Assembly (NCBI GenBank): GCA_049510745.1
Contig: JBEKYR010000031.1
Location: 1-64,000, forward strand
Reading direction: 5' to 3'
From: Verrucomicrobiota bacterium
GTDB lineage: Bacteria > Verrucomicrobiota > Verrucomicrobiia > Limisphaerales > Palsa-1400
DNA length: 64,000 bases
Shown: in pieces, positions 47,210-57,172 of the stretch
Layout of the letters: the number at the start of each line of letters is the position of its first letter
Position numbering within the stretch: position 1 is the first letter of the stretch
Notes under the pieces: model-generated
Database searches by the model: none
Told to the model about the DNA's origin: nothing
Seen by the model: the letters and a program-made list of their open reading frames with translations, nothing else
Program-made: the position numbers and the translations under genes

Positions 47210-47755
47210 TTACGTGGCCAACCAGACAACCAGACGACGAGTGGCCTCGGGCGTCGTCACATTTCCCTTCATGAACGAGGCGCCGTAGTCATCGCCGTAG
47301 AAACTCACGGGTTTGCCGGCGTCGGGCGAGACGTTCAGCAGCAATTCGAACCGCGGCAGTTTCCAGTGAAGATCGATGCTTCCATCCGGCCCCGGCAGGA
47401 TTTTCGGGGCGGGCAAATCTTTTCCAAACTGGCGCGCGGAAGATTCGGCCAAGGCTGCGAGGAAGTTGCGGGCGCGCTCCCATGTGGCCTCCGCGTACTT
47501 GCCCGATCCGTTCTCATCCCAATCATCCTCCAATTGCAGAATCCACCGGGACGCTTCGATGACCTCCTGGATGTTCTTTTGCCCCGTGCCATTCGGCACG
47601 GATTCAGGGCCGTTCTTTTCGGGCGTCAGCGTCACCACAACACCTTCGATGGAAATCTTAAACGTGTCGCCCGGCTTGATGGCCAGCTCCTGGCGCACGT
47701 CCTCGGGCAACGCGATTCGTCCCGTCTGATCGATCGGCACAAGGACATCTTTCAT
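47210..47755 (-). CDS. AbrB/MazE-type DNA-binding domain fused to an uncharacterised C-terminal domain
   Basis: VPIDQTGRIALPEDVRQELAIKPGD...VTLTP swapped hairpin; then LEDDWDENG...PKILPGPDGSIDLHW. Confidence 0.75.
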   Translation of the reverse strand: MKDVLVPIDQTGRIALPEDVRQELAIKPGDTFKISIEGVVVTLTPEKNGPESVPNGTGQKNIQEVIEASRWILQLEDDWDENGSGKYAEATWERARNFLAALAESSARQFGKDLPAPKILPGPDGSIDLHWKLPRFELLLNVSPDAGKPVSFYGDDYGASFMKGNVTTPEATRRLVVWLAT

Positions 47756-47849
47756 GCGAGAAAACCATACCATGACCACAGCCCAATGGGAAGAGCCGCA
47801 TGGCACTTGCCCCGCTTGCATCGCGGCTTTCGTCCACTAATATCCTCCC

Positions 47850-50123
47850 ATGGCGCAGCAGATACTTTCCCCGCAAGGCGCGGATGCCGGTCCGCGGCCG
47901 TTCATCCCGCCCGAAGCGCGCCTGCGCGAATTCACCCCCCGCGCCATCATCCTCGGCGCCCTTCTGGGCATGGTCTTCGGCGCCTCCTCGCTTTATCTGG
48001 TGCTCAAAGTCGGCATGACCGTCAGCGCTTCCATTCCGGTGGCCGTCATCTCGCTGACGCTCTTCCGCCTCTGGGCCAGGATGGGCGGCAAGGACGCCAC
48101 CATCCTCGAAGACAACATCGTCCAGACCGCCGGCTCGGCGGGGGAATCGATTGCTTTTGGCATCGGCGTGACCATGCCGGCCATTATGATCCTGGGGTTC
48201 GATCTCGAAATGACACGGCCCATGGTCGTCGGTTTGCTCGGCGGTCTGCTCGGCATTCTCCTGATGATCCCGTTGCGGCGGGCGCTGATCGTGCAGCAGC
48301 ACGGAATTCTGAAATACCCCGAAGGCACCGCCTGCGCCGAAGTTCTCAAAGCCGGCGCCAACGAGGAATCGCGCGCCGCCTCGCAGCACGCCCCCGGCGC
48401 GCAAATCGCCCGGCCCAGTGGCGCCGCCGTTTTCGCCGGGTTCGGCGTCGGGCTGGTGTATAAAACGGTCATGTCGGCCTTCAAAGCATGGAAGGATACG
48501 CCGGAAAAAATCTTTGGCGCCCCCTTCACCGGCGGCTCGATTTCGGCGGATATTTCCCCGGAACTCCTGGGGGTCGGTTACATCATCGGCACGCGCATCT
48601 CCTGCATCATGGCGGCGGGCGGCATCCTGTCCTATCTGGTGTTGATTCCGCTGATCAAGTTTTTCGGCGCCAACGCCGCCGGGATCGTCGCCCCCGGCCA
48701 TAGCCTGATTCGGGACATGGCGCCGGACGACGTGCGCGCCGCCTATGTCCTTTACATCGGGGCCGGGGCGGTGGCGGCGGGCGGGATCATCAGCCTGGCG
48801 CGCTCCATGCCCTTGATCTGGCGCGGGATTCGCGCCGGCTTGTCCGACTTCGGCGCCGCCGCCGCCCAGACGCGGGCCGTCGCGGCCCGGACGGAACAGG
48901 ACCTTTCGATGAAAGTGGTCGCCGCCGGTTGTTTGGCGTTGGTGGTGGCGATCTGGGCGGTTCCGGCCCTGAACATGAATACACTGGGGGCGATTCTCAT
49001 TGTTTTGTTTGGCTTCTTGTTTGTCACCGTCTCGTCCAGGCTCACGGGGGAAATCGGCTCGTCGTCCAACCCGATCTCCGGCATGACCGTTGCCACGCTG
49101 CTGCTTACCTGCCTCATCTTCCTGCTGGTGGGCTGGACGGGCGTCCAATACTACGTGACCGCGCTTTCGGTGGGCGGCATCGTGTGCGTGGCGGCCTCCA
49201 ACGGCGGCGCGACCTCGCAGGATTTGAAAACGGGATTTCTCCTCGGCGCGACACCCCGCTACCAGCAAATCGCCATCTTGATCGGTGCGGCGCTCTCAGC
49301 GATTGCCTTGAGTCCGATCCTCATCGGCCTCAACGCCGCCGGCACGGTCTATGTTCCCATCGACAAGGCGGCTCCCGGCTTGCACGCCCCGGCCAGCGCC
49401 GCCCTCGCCGGTCCCGAACGGCTCGCCGGCCCTCAAGCCAGGGACGACTCCAAAGCTTACCGCGCCTGGCAAAAGACCGACGACGACGGCGGCCGCCAGG
49501 GCCGATACCTGGTGGATGACAGCGGCGCGGCGGTTTATTACGTCGATCCGGGCATTAACGGCACCTTCAAAACGCGCCCCGACGGCACGGAAGTCAGGAA
49601 GTATTCGGCCCCCAAGGCCGTGCTGGTCTCCTATATCATCAAAGGCATCCTCAATGGGCAACTGCCCTGGGCGCTGGTGCTCCTGGGCGTCATGCTCTCG
49701 ATTATTCTCGAAATGTCCGGCATCCCGTCGCTGGCCTTTGCCGTCGGGGTCTATCTGCCGCTCTCCTCCTCCACGCCGCTGATGATCGGAGGAATGGTGC
49801 GCTGGCTGGTGGACTGGGGACAGCGCCGGCAATTGAGCCATCTCGCTCTGACCGAAGAGCAACTCTCCGCCGAGAGCGACCGCAGCCCCGGCGTCCTGCT
49901 GGCCAGCGGCTACATCGCGGGCGGGGCGATTGCGGGAATCGTGATTGCGTTCATGGCCGGCGTCTGGAGCGCCGCCGACGGGGCCATCACCCGCTGGGCC
50001 GAAGCGCGCAACCCGTTCTACGCCGGGCCAAACGCCGATCTACTGGCCCTGATTCCGTTCGCGGCGCTGGCGGCCTGCCTCTATCTCGTCGGCCGCGGAC
50101 GCCGGGTGGCTCAAGGCGAATGA
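47850..50123 (+). CDS. OPT/YSL-family oligopeptide transporter
   Basis: [64 protein letters not shown]. Confidence 0.95.
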   Translation: MAQQILSPQGADAGPRPFIPPEARLREFTPRAIILGALLGMVFGASSLYLVLKVGMTVSASIPVAVISLTLFRLWARMGGKDATILEDNIVQTAGSAGESIAFGIGVTMPAIMILGFDLEMTRPMVVGLLGGLLGILLMIPLRRALIVQQHGILKYPEGTACAEVLKAGANEESRAASQHAPGAQIARPSGAAVFAGFGVGLVYKTVMSAFKAWKDTPEKIFGAPFTGGSISADISPELLGVGYIIGTRISCIMAAGGILSYLVLIPLIKFFGANAAGIVAPGHSLIRDMAPDDVRAAYVLYIGAGAVAAGGIISLARSMPLIWRGIRAGLSDFGAAAAQTRAVAARTEQDLSMKVVAAGCLALVVAIWAVPALNMNTLGAILIVLFGFLFVTVSSRLTGEIGSSSNPISGMTVATLLLTCLIFLLVGWTGVQYYVTALSVGGIVCVAASNGGATSQDLKTGFLLGATPRYQQIAILIGAALSAIALSPILIGLNAAGTVYVPIDKAAPGLHAPASAALAGPERLAGPQARDDSKAYRAWQKTDDDGGRQGRYLVDDSGAAVYYVDPGINGTFKTRPDGTEVRKYSAPKAVLVSYIIKGILNGQLPWALVLLGVMLSIILEMSGIPSLAFAVGVYLPLSSSTPLMIGGMVRWLVDWGQRRQLSHLALTEEQLSAESDRSPGVLLASGYIAGGAIAGIVIAFMAGVWSAADGAITRWAEARNPFYAGPNADLLALIPFAALAACLYLVGRGRRVAQGE

Positions 50124-50136
50124 GGACAGACGGGCT

Positions 50137-50481
50137 TCAGGATTCGACCAGCACTTTGGGCCTCTTCTCCGCGATCTCGAGCAGGCGAAGCGCCGAACCG
50201 GAGGGCTTGCGGACTCCCTGTTCCCATTTGGCCGCCGTGTTCCTTGTCACGTAGAATAATTCCGCGAAGACGGGCTGGCTGACGTTCAGCCGCTTGCGAA
50301 TCGACCGGATTCGCGCCGGGGTGAAGACACCGGGTTTTCTCGGCCGTGGCCAAGAGCGCGTGCGTAATGTCAGCTTCTTCCCTTGGGCGTGGGCCAGCGC
50401 CTCCTCGGCGCCCGATTTCAACTCGGCGAATTCCTCGTCAGTCAGGTGATGTCTCTTTTTTGACTTCTTCATAAATGGCAT
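50137..50481 (-). CDS. XRE-family HTH antitoxin (HigA-like)
   Basis: IRSIRKRLNVSQPVFA...KWEQGVRKPSGSALRLL; overlaps the toxin gene. Confidence 0.9.
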   Translation of the reverse strand: MPFMKKSKKRHHLTDEEFAELKSGAEEALAHAQGKKLTLRTRSWPRPRKPGVFTPARIRSIRKRLNVSQPVFAELFYVTRNTAAKWEQGVRKPSGSALRLLEIAEKRPKVLVES

Positions 50482-50788
50482 GCGCGATTTGTTTCAGTTG
50501 CTGTTTTTGCCCGGCGTCCAAGTCCGCTTCCTCGTTTTTCGGATACAGGTAAACGAAGTAGATGCGTGACGCCGGCTTGACATGCAGATAGATGATTCTG
50601 CACCCGCCGCGTTTGCCACGACCAGGCAGCCCCATCCGAATCTTCCGAAAGCCGCCCGTGCCTTGAATAACGTTGCCCGCTTCTGGATTCTGGCAAAGGA
50701 GCGTCTCCAACTTCCAGAGATTCGGCTCTGCGCGCAGATGTTGGACACGCTCGGTAAACCGCGTGCTTTCGATGAATAATAAATTCAT
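50438..50788 (-). CDS. RelE/HigB-family toxin
   Basis: FIESTRF, NPEAGNVIQGTGGFRKIR, GKRGGCRIIY, YPKNEEADL; toxin-first order. Confidence 0.92.
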   Translation of the reverse strand: MNLLFIESTRFTERVQHLRAEPNLWKLETLLCQNPEAGNVIQGTGGFRKIRMGLPGRGKRGGCRIIYLHVKPASRIYFVYLYPKNEEADLDAGQKQQLKQIAHAIYEEVKKETSPD

Positions 50789-50868
50789 CTATATGACTAT
50801 GTCCTATATTTGTCTCGCTGGCAAGAAGTTTTTGAGCGCACGGCGCACGCTTCCCGGTCTGCTTCGGC

Positions 50869-52005
50869 CTACACCGCCGCTTCCTGTCGCGCCCAGGCGT
50901 CGGCTTCCAGGATTTGCTCCAAACGGGGATGGGCCGTCACCGTGTGGCGTTCCATGACCCGCGCCACCGTCTGGCTGATTTGCGGAAAATTGCGGCGGCC
51001 CCGGATGAAATCGCCGACCGCCACCTCGTTGGCGGCGTTGAGCACGGCGGGAAGCGTGCCGCCAATTTCCCCCGCCTTCCGCGCCAGGCCCAGCGCCGGG
51101 AATCGGTCCCCGTCCGGCTCCTCGAACGTCAATTGCCCCAGCTTGGCCAGGTTGGTTTGCACCCGCTCGCTCGCCACCCGCGCCGGATAGGTCAGCGCGT
51201 ATTGAATCGGCAGGCACATGTCCGGCGTGGACAATTGCGCCAGCATCGAGCCATCGACAAATTCCACCATCGAATGCACGATGCTTTGCGGATGCACCAC
51301 CACCCGCACCCGCCCGATCTCCACGTCAAAGAGCCAGCGCGCCTCGATCATTTCCAATCCCTTGTTAAAGAGCGTCGCCGAGTCGATCGTGATCTTCCGC
51401 CCCATCACCCACGATGGATGCCGCAGCGCCCGCTCCACCGTCAGGCTGGCAAATTCCTCCTTCGGCGTCTCCCGAAACGGCCCGCCCGACGCCGTCAGCC
51501 ACAGGGCGCGGACCGACTCGGCGTCCTTGCCGTCCAGGCATTGGAAAATGGCCGAATGTTCGCTGTCCACCGCCAGCACCCGCACGCCGTTTTTGCGCGC
51601 CTCGCGCATGACGATTTCGCCCGCCATGACCAGGATTTCCTTGGACGCCACCGCGATGTCCTTGCCGGCGCGAATGGCCGCCAGGGCCGGCCGCAACCCG
51701 GCGGTGCCGACAATCGCAATCAAAACGATGTCCGCCGCCGGCAGCGTCGCCAGCTTGACCAAGCCTTCCCCGCCGGAAAACACCCGCACCGCCGTGCCCA
51801 GCGTCTTTTCCAATTCGCGCGCCTTTCCGGGATCGGACACCGAGACGGCTTCGGGCCGGTGTTTGAGGGTTTGCTTGAGGAGCAACTCGGCGTTATTGCC
51901 GGCCGCCAGGCCGACCAAGCGGATTTGGTCCGGCAAATCCTCGGCCACCTTGATCGTGCTGGTGCCGATCGAGCCGGTGCATCCAAGAAGGACGACTCTT
52001 TTCAT
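50869..52005 (-). CDS. dxr: 1-deoxy-D-xylulose-5-phosphate reductoisomerase
   Basis: LLGCTGSIG, VDSEHSAIFQ, LTASGGPF, HPSWVMGRKITIDSATLFNKGLE, HPQSIVHSMV, NAANE. Confidence 0.98.
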   Translation of the reverse strand: MKRVVLLGCTGSIGTSTIKVAEDLPDQIRLVGLAAGNNAELLLKQTLKHRPEAVSVSDPGKARELEKTLGTAVRVFSGGEGLVKLATLPAADIVLIAIVGTAGLRPALAAIRAGKDIAVASKEILVMAGEIVMREARKNGVRVLAVDSEHSAIFQCLDGKDAESVRALWLTASGGPFRETPKEEFASLTVERALRHPSWVMGRKITIDSATLFNKGLEMIEARWLFDVEIGRVRVVVHPQSIVHSMVEFVDGSMLAQLSTPDMCLPIQYALTYPARVASERVQTNLAKLGQLTFEEPDGDRFPALGLARKAGEIGGTLPAVLNAANEVAVGDFIRGRRNFPQISQTVARVMERHTVTAHPRLEQILEADAWARQEAAV

Positions 52006-52071
52006 GGAGCGCCAGTTATAGAGCGGCGGGCGGGCGTTCCGCGAGCCTTTTTGCGCGAAAAAAACAGTTAC

Positions 52072-52189
52072 AGCCACAGATGAACACAGATAGACACAGA
52101 TCAGAAGGAGTTGCGGAAAAAACAGGAGTCACCCAACGAGGGATGGCCTTTTCAAAAAAATCTGTGTTTATCTGTGTTCATCTGTGGCT
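52072..52189. repeat. Inverted-repeat element with arms of three tandem CACAGAT 10-mers
   Basis: agccacagatgaacacagatagacacagat (52072-52101) matches the reverse complement of 52160-52189 at 29/30 positions; 58-bp spacer. Confidence 0.9.
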
Positions 52190-52225
52190 CAAATTTCAAA
52201 TATCTTTGGCTAGGGTTATGCGGTA

Positions 52226-55200
52226 TCAGGGCGAGCTGATGCGGTAAAAGCGCCCGGGGCTGGTCGTCTGCAAGGGTTCGCTGAAATTGAACGAACCGTT
52301 GGTGAGGGTGTTGGTTGCCACTGGAAACCAGACGGGATCGGCCAGATTTGTGCAGGCTTCCACCACGACGGAAATGTTAGTCGCCCAGGAGATGATGAAA
52401 CCAAACGCGTTGCTTTGCACGCCAAAGCTGGGGCCGTTGTTGAGAATCAGCGGGCTCGGAAGGAACCATAACGCGGTCGGACGACCGGCAAAAGTATTGC
52501 TCCAGCCAGTCGTGCCCGGCAAATAATAGACGGTCGCTTTGTTGTCAGACCCGAACACCGATGAACCAAAGGTGGGAGCGTTGCCACTGAAGAAGACGCT
52601 AGTCAGGCCGGTGCATTCATAGAACGCATCCGCTCCAATGTTGGTAACGCTGCCGGGAATCGTAATGCTGGTCAGGCTGCTGAGGCTCTCGAACGCGTCC
52701 GCCGTGATGCTGGTGACGCCGTTGGCGATGGTGGATTCTGTCAGCTTGGTGCAGCCGTCGAACACAGTCCCGAAGTCGGTAATGTTGCCTGGTATGGTGA
52801 CGCTGCTCAGATTGGTGCATAAATAGAACGCTAAAGCTCCAAGGTTTGTGACGCCGCCAGGGATGGCGACGCTGGTCAGGCCGTAGCATTTATAGAACGC
52901 ATCCGCCCCGATACTCTTGACGCTGGCGGGAATGATGACGCTGGTCAAGCGGTAGCACTCATAGAACATGTCCGCTCCGATGCTGGTGACGCCATCGGCC
53001 ATCGTGACGCTGGTCAGATTCGTGCATAATTCGAACGCAGCGGACCCGATGTTGGTGACGTTGGTGGGAACCACGACGCTGGTCATGCCGGTGCAACCAT
53101 AGAACGCATCCGCTCCGAGACTGGTGACGCTGGCGGAAATGGCGACGCTGGTCAGGCCGGTGCAGCCTTGGAACGTACTCGCCCCGATGCTGGTGACGCC
53201 GTTGGCCATCGTGACGTTGGTCAGATTGGTGCAAAATTCGAACGCAGCGGAACCAATGTTGGTGACGCTGGCGGGAATCGCGACGCTGGTCATGCCGGTG
53301 CAGCCTTGGAACGCACTCGCCCCGATGCTGGTGACGCCGTTGGCCATCGTGACGTTGGTCAGATTGGTGCAGAATTCGAACGCAGCGGAACCAATGTTGG
53401 TGACGCTGGCGGGAATCGCCATGCTCGTCAGGCCGTAGCACTCATAAAACGCATCCCCCCCGATGCCGGTGACGCTGGCGGGAATAGTTACGCTGGTCAA
53501 GGAAGAGCAATCTTGGAACGCATACTGCACGATGCTGGTGACGCCGTTGGCGATGGTGGCATTTGTTAGCTTAGGGCATTCCCCGAACACGCTCTCGAAG
53601 TCGCTGATATTGCCGGGAATGGTGACGCTAGTCAGGCTTGTGCAAAACTCGAACGCACCGCTTCCGATGCTTGTGACGCTGGCGGGAATGGCGACACTGG
53701 TCAGGTTGGTGCAAAACTCGAACGCCGCGGACCCAATGCTGGTGACGCTGGTTGGAATCGTGACGCTGGTCAGGCCGTAACATTCATAGAACATATTCGG
53801 CCCGATGCTGGTGACGCCGTCGGAGAATGTGACGCTGGTCAGATTGGTGCATAATTCGAACGCAGCGGACCCAATGTTGGTGACGCCGGCGGGAATCGTG
53901 ATGCCCGTCAGGCCGTAACATTCCTCAAACATATTCGGCCCGATGCTGGTGACGCCGTTGGAGAATGTGACGCTGGTCAGGTTGGTGCATAATTCGAACG
54001 CAGCGGACCCAATGTTGGTGACGCCGGCGGGAATCGTGATGCTCGTCAGGCCGTAACATTCCTCAAACATATTCGGCCCGATGCTGGTGACGCCGTTGGA
54101 GAATGTGACGCTGGTCAGGTTGGTGCATAATTCGAACGCAGCGGACCCAATGTTGGTGACGCTGGCGGGAATCGTGATGCTCGTCAGGCCGTAACATTCC
54201 TCAAACATATTCGGCCCGATGCTGGTGGCGCCATTGGAGATGGTGACGCTGGTCAGGCCGGTACATAATTCGAAAGCAGCGGCCCCAACGTTGGTGACGC
54301 TGGCGGGAATCGCGACGCTGGTTAGGCCGGAGCACCCATAGAACGCATCCGCTCCGATGCTCGTGACGCTTCCTGGGATCGTGACGCTGGTTAGGCCGGA
54401 GCACCCATAGAACGCATCCGCTCCGATGCTCGTGACGCTTCCTGGGATCGTGACGCTGGTCAGGCCGGAGCACTCGTAGAACGCATCCGCCCCGACGCTG
54501 CTGACGGACAGACCGTTGATGGTGGCTGGCAAGGCCACAATTCCGCCAGAGCCGGAGAAACCGATGATGGTGATGGCGCCTGCATTTGTTACATAATATA
54601 ATTGCCCTTGCACCCCTGCCTCCACGGCCGGAACACCCGCAAACGTGGAACTCCAGCCGGTGGTGCCAGGGAAATAATAGACCGTCGCCTCGTTGTCATT
54701 GGTGAATATAAATGAACCGACGGCGGGAGCGTTACCCAGGAAATAAACGCTCGTCAAGCTGGTGCAGTAATCGAACGCATAACCCTCGATACTGGTGACG
54801 CTGGCGGGAATCGTGACGCTGGCAAGGTTGCTGCATAAATCGAACGCCGAATCCCCAATGTTGGTGACGCTGCCGGGAATCGTGATGCTGGTCAGGCGGG
54901 CGCAGTAAAAAAACTCCTCTTCTGGGATGCTCGTGACACCGTAGCCGATCGTAACGTTGGTCAGGTTGACGCACGACGCGAAAGCTAAAGTCCCAAGGTC
55001 TGTGACGCTGCCGGGGATGGTGACGCTGGTCAGTGATTCGCACTCATAGAACGCATACTGCCCAATGCTGGTGACGCCCATGGGAATCGTCACGCTTGTC
55101 AGGCCGTTCTCGATGGCGAACGCCTCCACCCCGATGCTGGTGACGCTGGCGCCAATCGTGAGGTTGGTCAGGTCGCAATAGTAGAATGCATAATCCCCGA

Positions 55201-55603
55201 TGCTGGTGACGCTGGCGGGAATCGTGACGCTGCCCAAGAGGTAGCAGAAATAGAATGCATCCGCCCCGATGCTGGTGAGGCCGTCAGCGAAGTTGGCGTT
55301 AGTCAGGCCGGTGCATTTATAGAACGCATCCGCTCCAATGTTGGTAACGCAGCCGGGAATCGTAACGCTGGTCAGGTTGGTGAGTTCATAGAAGGCGTTG
55401 GTTCCAATGTTGGTGACCGTCAGGCCGTCGATGTTGGTGGGAACGGTCACTGGGCCGCCAGGCCCGGAGTAACCGGTGATAGTAATGCTAACGCCGTCGG
55501 GGTTGGTCGTGTAAGTGAATTGGGCTTGCACCGCGGCGGGCAGCGCCAGCAGCGCCGCACCCAGCAACCGCACAGCAGTAGCGATATTCTGCCTTATCTT
55601 CAT
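52226..55603 (-). CDS. Secreted BspA/TpLRR leucine-rich-repeat protein with C-terminal domain
   Basis: Signal peptide ending VQAQ; dozens of 23-aa LTSVTIP.SVTSIG..AF..C repeats in two modules; ends GRFYRISSP. Confidence 0.93.
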   Translation of the reverse strand: MKIRQNIATAVRLLGAALLALPAAVQAQFTYTTNPDGVSITITGYSGPGGPVTVPTNIDGLTVTNIGTNAFYELTNLTSVTIPGCVTNIGADAFYKCTGLTNANFADGLTSIGADAFYFCYLLGSVTIPASVTSIGDYAFYYCDLTNLTIGASVTSIGVEAFAIENGLTSVTIPMGVTSIGQYAFYECESLTSVTIPGSVTDLGTLAFASCVNLTNVTIGYGVTSIPEEEFFYCARLTSITIPGSVTNIGDSAFDLCSNLASVTIPASVTSIEGYAFDYCTSLTSVYFLGNAPAVGSFIFTNDNEATVYYFPGTTGWSSTFAGVPAVEAGVQGQLYYVTNAGAITIIGFSGSGGIVALPATINGLSVSSVGADAFYECSGLTSVTIPGSVTSIGADAFYGCSGLTSVTIPGSVTSIGADAFYGCSGLTSVAIPASVTNVGAAAFELCTGLTSVTISNGATSIGPNMFEECYGLTSITIPASVTNIGSAAFELCTNLTSVTFSNGVTSIGPNMFEECYGLTSITIPAGVTNIGSAAFELCTNLTSVTFSNGVTSIGPNMFEECYGLTGITIPAGVTNIGSAAFELCTNLTSVTFSDGVTSIGPNMFYECYGLTSVTIPTSVTSIGSAAFEFCTNLTSVAIPASVTSIGSGAFEFCTSLTSVTIPGNISDFESVFGECPKLTNATIANGVTSIVQYAFQDCSSLTSVTIPASVTGIGGDAFYECYGLTSMAIPASVTNIGSAAFEFCTNLTNVTMANGVTSIGASAFQGCTGMTSVAIPASVTNIGSAAFEFCTNLTNVTMANGVTSIGASTFQGCTGLTSVAISASVTSLGADAFYGCTGMTSVVVPTNVTNIGSAAFELCTNLTSVTMADGVTSIGADMFYECYRLTSVIIPASVKSIGADAFYKCYGLTSVAIPGGVTNLGALAFYLCTNLSSVTIPGNITDFGTVFDGCTKLTESTIANGVTSITADAFESLSSLTSITIPGSVTNIGADAFYECTGLTSVFFSGNAPTFGSSVFGSDNKATVYYLPGTTGWSNTFAGRPTALWFLPSPLILNNGPSFGVQSNAFGFIISWATNISVVVEACTNLADPVWFPVATNTLTNGSFNFSEPLQTTSPGRFYRISSP

Positions 55604-55920
55604 AGGTTTTTTAGGCTTGATGATGTGTACCACGAAGTGGCTTTGCATTTTGCCCCCGTTGCCATTGGCAGCGCGTGAGCCACAAGCAGTTGCGCGGGCG
55701 CCCAAGAGAGTGTACAACGTCGAAACCCAAACGCCATGCGCCAGGCTGATAAAAGCACTTGCCGAATTATTCTCATGTCGTCACAACTGAAACCGTCGCG
55801 AACCGAGACGGTAGCCACACGATTTTGAAAATCGTGCAAACCCGCCTTTTGTCAAATTGTATTTGGAGCGGCCGCTGGATGAGGGGGCGCTCAGACCCCT
55901 TGGAATGTATCGCTTTTCAC

Positions 55921-56034
55921 TTGCCCCCGCAGGAGGTGGCCGGGCGGGCCGTAAGACCGGGTCCCGCCTCCTGCGGCTGGCAAGGCTCCAAATCTGCGTT
56001 CGGGTCGCTTCCGAGCGTTGCCCTCCACTGGAGC
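55921..56034 (+). other. Two adjacent stem-loops, candidate structured RNA
   Basis: ttgcc/ggcaa plus ccgcaggaggtgg/ccgcctcctgcgg; then gctcca/tggagc enclosing cgttcgg/ccgagcg. Confidence 0.35.
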
Positions 56035-56261
56035 AAAGGGAATGTTTCCCGTTTCCGTTTCCATGAGGATCCCATAGGAGCGGGAAATGGGAAACGCCGA
56101 GCAGCAACGATGCCAAAAAACGCTTGCAAGATAAATGATGGGATTTCAGTGGGTTCCCTCAGCCAGAGCGAAAGAATTCGGGCATAATTCCCTCAAAAAA
56201 CGTGCGCACGCTCAGAACCGCGAAATACGCAGCGCGGCCCGCCGCAACCAAGAATCAATTG

Positions 56262-56339
56262 GCCACAAGAGAACGCAAAGATCGCAAAGAAGAAAAGAAC
56301 ATAAGCTCTTATCTCTGGGCTCTCTGCGTTCTTTGCGGC
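56262..56339. repeat. Imperfect inverted-repeat element built from CGCAAAGA-type 9-mers
   Basis: gccacaagagaacgcaaagatcgcaaaga versus reverse complement of the right arm gccgcaaagaacgcagagagcccagaga. Confidence 0.75.
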
Positions 56340-56480
56340 AAAAAACCTTGTCAGGAAAAGAAAACTTTTCAGGATAGCAGGGCGACACACACGAACGGAT
56401 TGGGTTTTTCGCGAGGGTATGAGTATTTCGTGGTTGACCCGGTTTTCTATACGATTATGTATTAAGTGTAATCGAACGGC

Positions 56481-56978
56481 ATGATTAAACTGCGCACACG
56501 GCTCTCCGCCGAGGAATGCAGGGCGCGGCTGGCTTCCGCCACGGACTTGGGCGGGCTGGCGCTCTCCTGGAACAGCCCCGCCGAGGCCCCGCAGATCCTC
56601 GGTGACTTTCGCGGCGCGGCCTTCCGCCTGCACACGGGCCGTTACTACACCAATTCATTCGCGCCCTTCTTTTACGGGCATTTGTCGCCTTCCGACAACG
56701 GCACGGTGATCGAGGGCGAGTTCAAGATGCACCCCTTCGCGCGGATTTCTACGGTTTTTTGGTTTTCCTTTGTCGCCATCTTTGCCGCCGGCGGCCTGAT
56801 TGTGCCGATGGGCAAACAACCGGGGACGAGCCTGGGACCCGGCACGTTGTTTCTGGCCCTGGGTTGTTTTATGGTGCTGGGGATGGCCCTTGTCATCTTT
56901 GGCCGGTGGCTCGGACGCGGCGAGCAAAAGACAATCCTCGATTTCCTCAAAACTTCCCTCGAAGCCTCTCAAATCTGA
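56481..56978 (+). CDS. Hypothetical membrane protein (two C-terminal TM helices)
   Basis: 165-aa ORF, RYYTNSFAPFFYG, two hydrophobic segments; TTGACC and AT-rich sequence upstream. Confidence 0.75.
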   Translation: MIKLRTRLSAEECRARLASATDLGGLALSWNSPAEAPQILGDFRGAAFRLHTGRYYTNSFAPFFYGHLSPSDNGTVIEGEFKMHPFARISTVFWFSFVAIFAAGGLIVPMGKQPGTSLGPGTLFLALGCFMVLGMALVIFGRWLGRGEQKTILDFLKTSLEASQI

Positions 56979-57172
56979 GAATTTAAGATTTCGTCATTCG
57001 TCATTTTCCCCGGTGGATCGGGGCGCGGCCTCCCGAAGCCCTCATGGGTGACTGTTTTGCCGAGATGCGCCCGCTGGACTCCCCTATGCGGTCTCCCGGT
57101 TGCATTTTCTAAAGTTTTTTTTCGGAATGGGCGAATATCATATAAAGACGTTGCGTCCAATAGACCGACACC

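Noticed and set aside
50137..50788. HigBA-like pair as a novel system or prophage marker
   Set aside because: Ordinary RelE/XRE module with no integrase or phage genes nearby.
43628..55603. Diversity-generating retroelement acting on the prepilin pair or BspA repeats
   Set aside because: Differences between the prepilin copies involve all four bases rather than only adenines, and no reverse transcriptase is present in the window.
55975..56035. c-di-GMP-I riboswitch on the minus strand (GGCAAC...ACGCAGA)
   Set aside because: No GNRA tetraloop/receptor pair or proper second stem; kept only as an unassigned structure.
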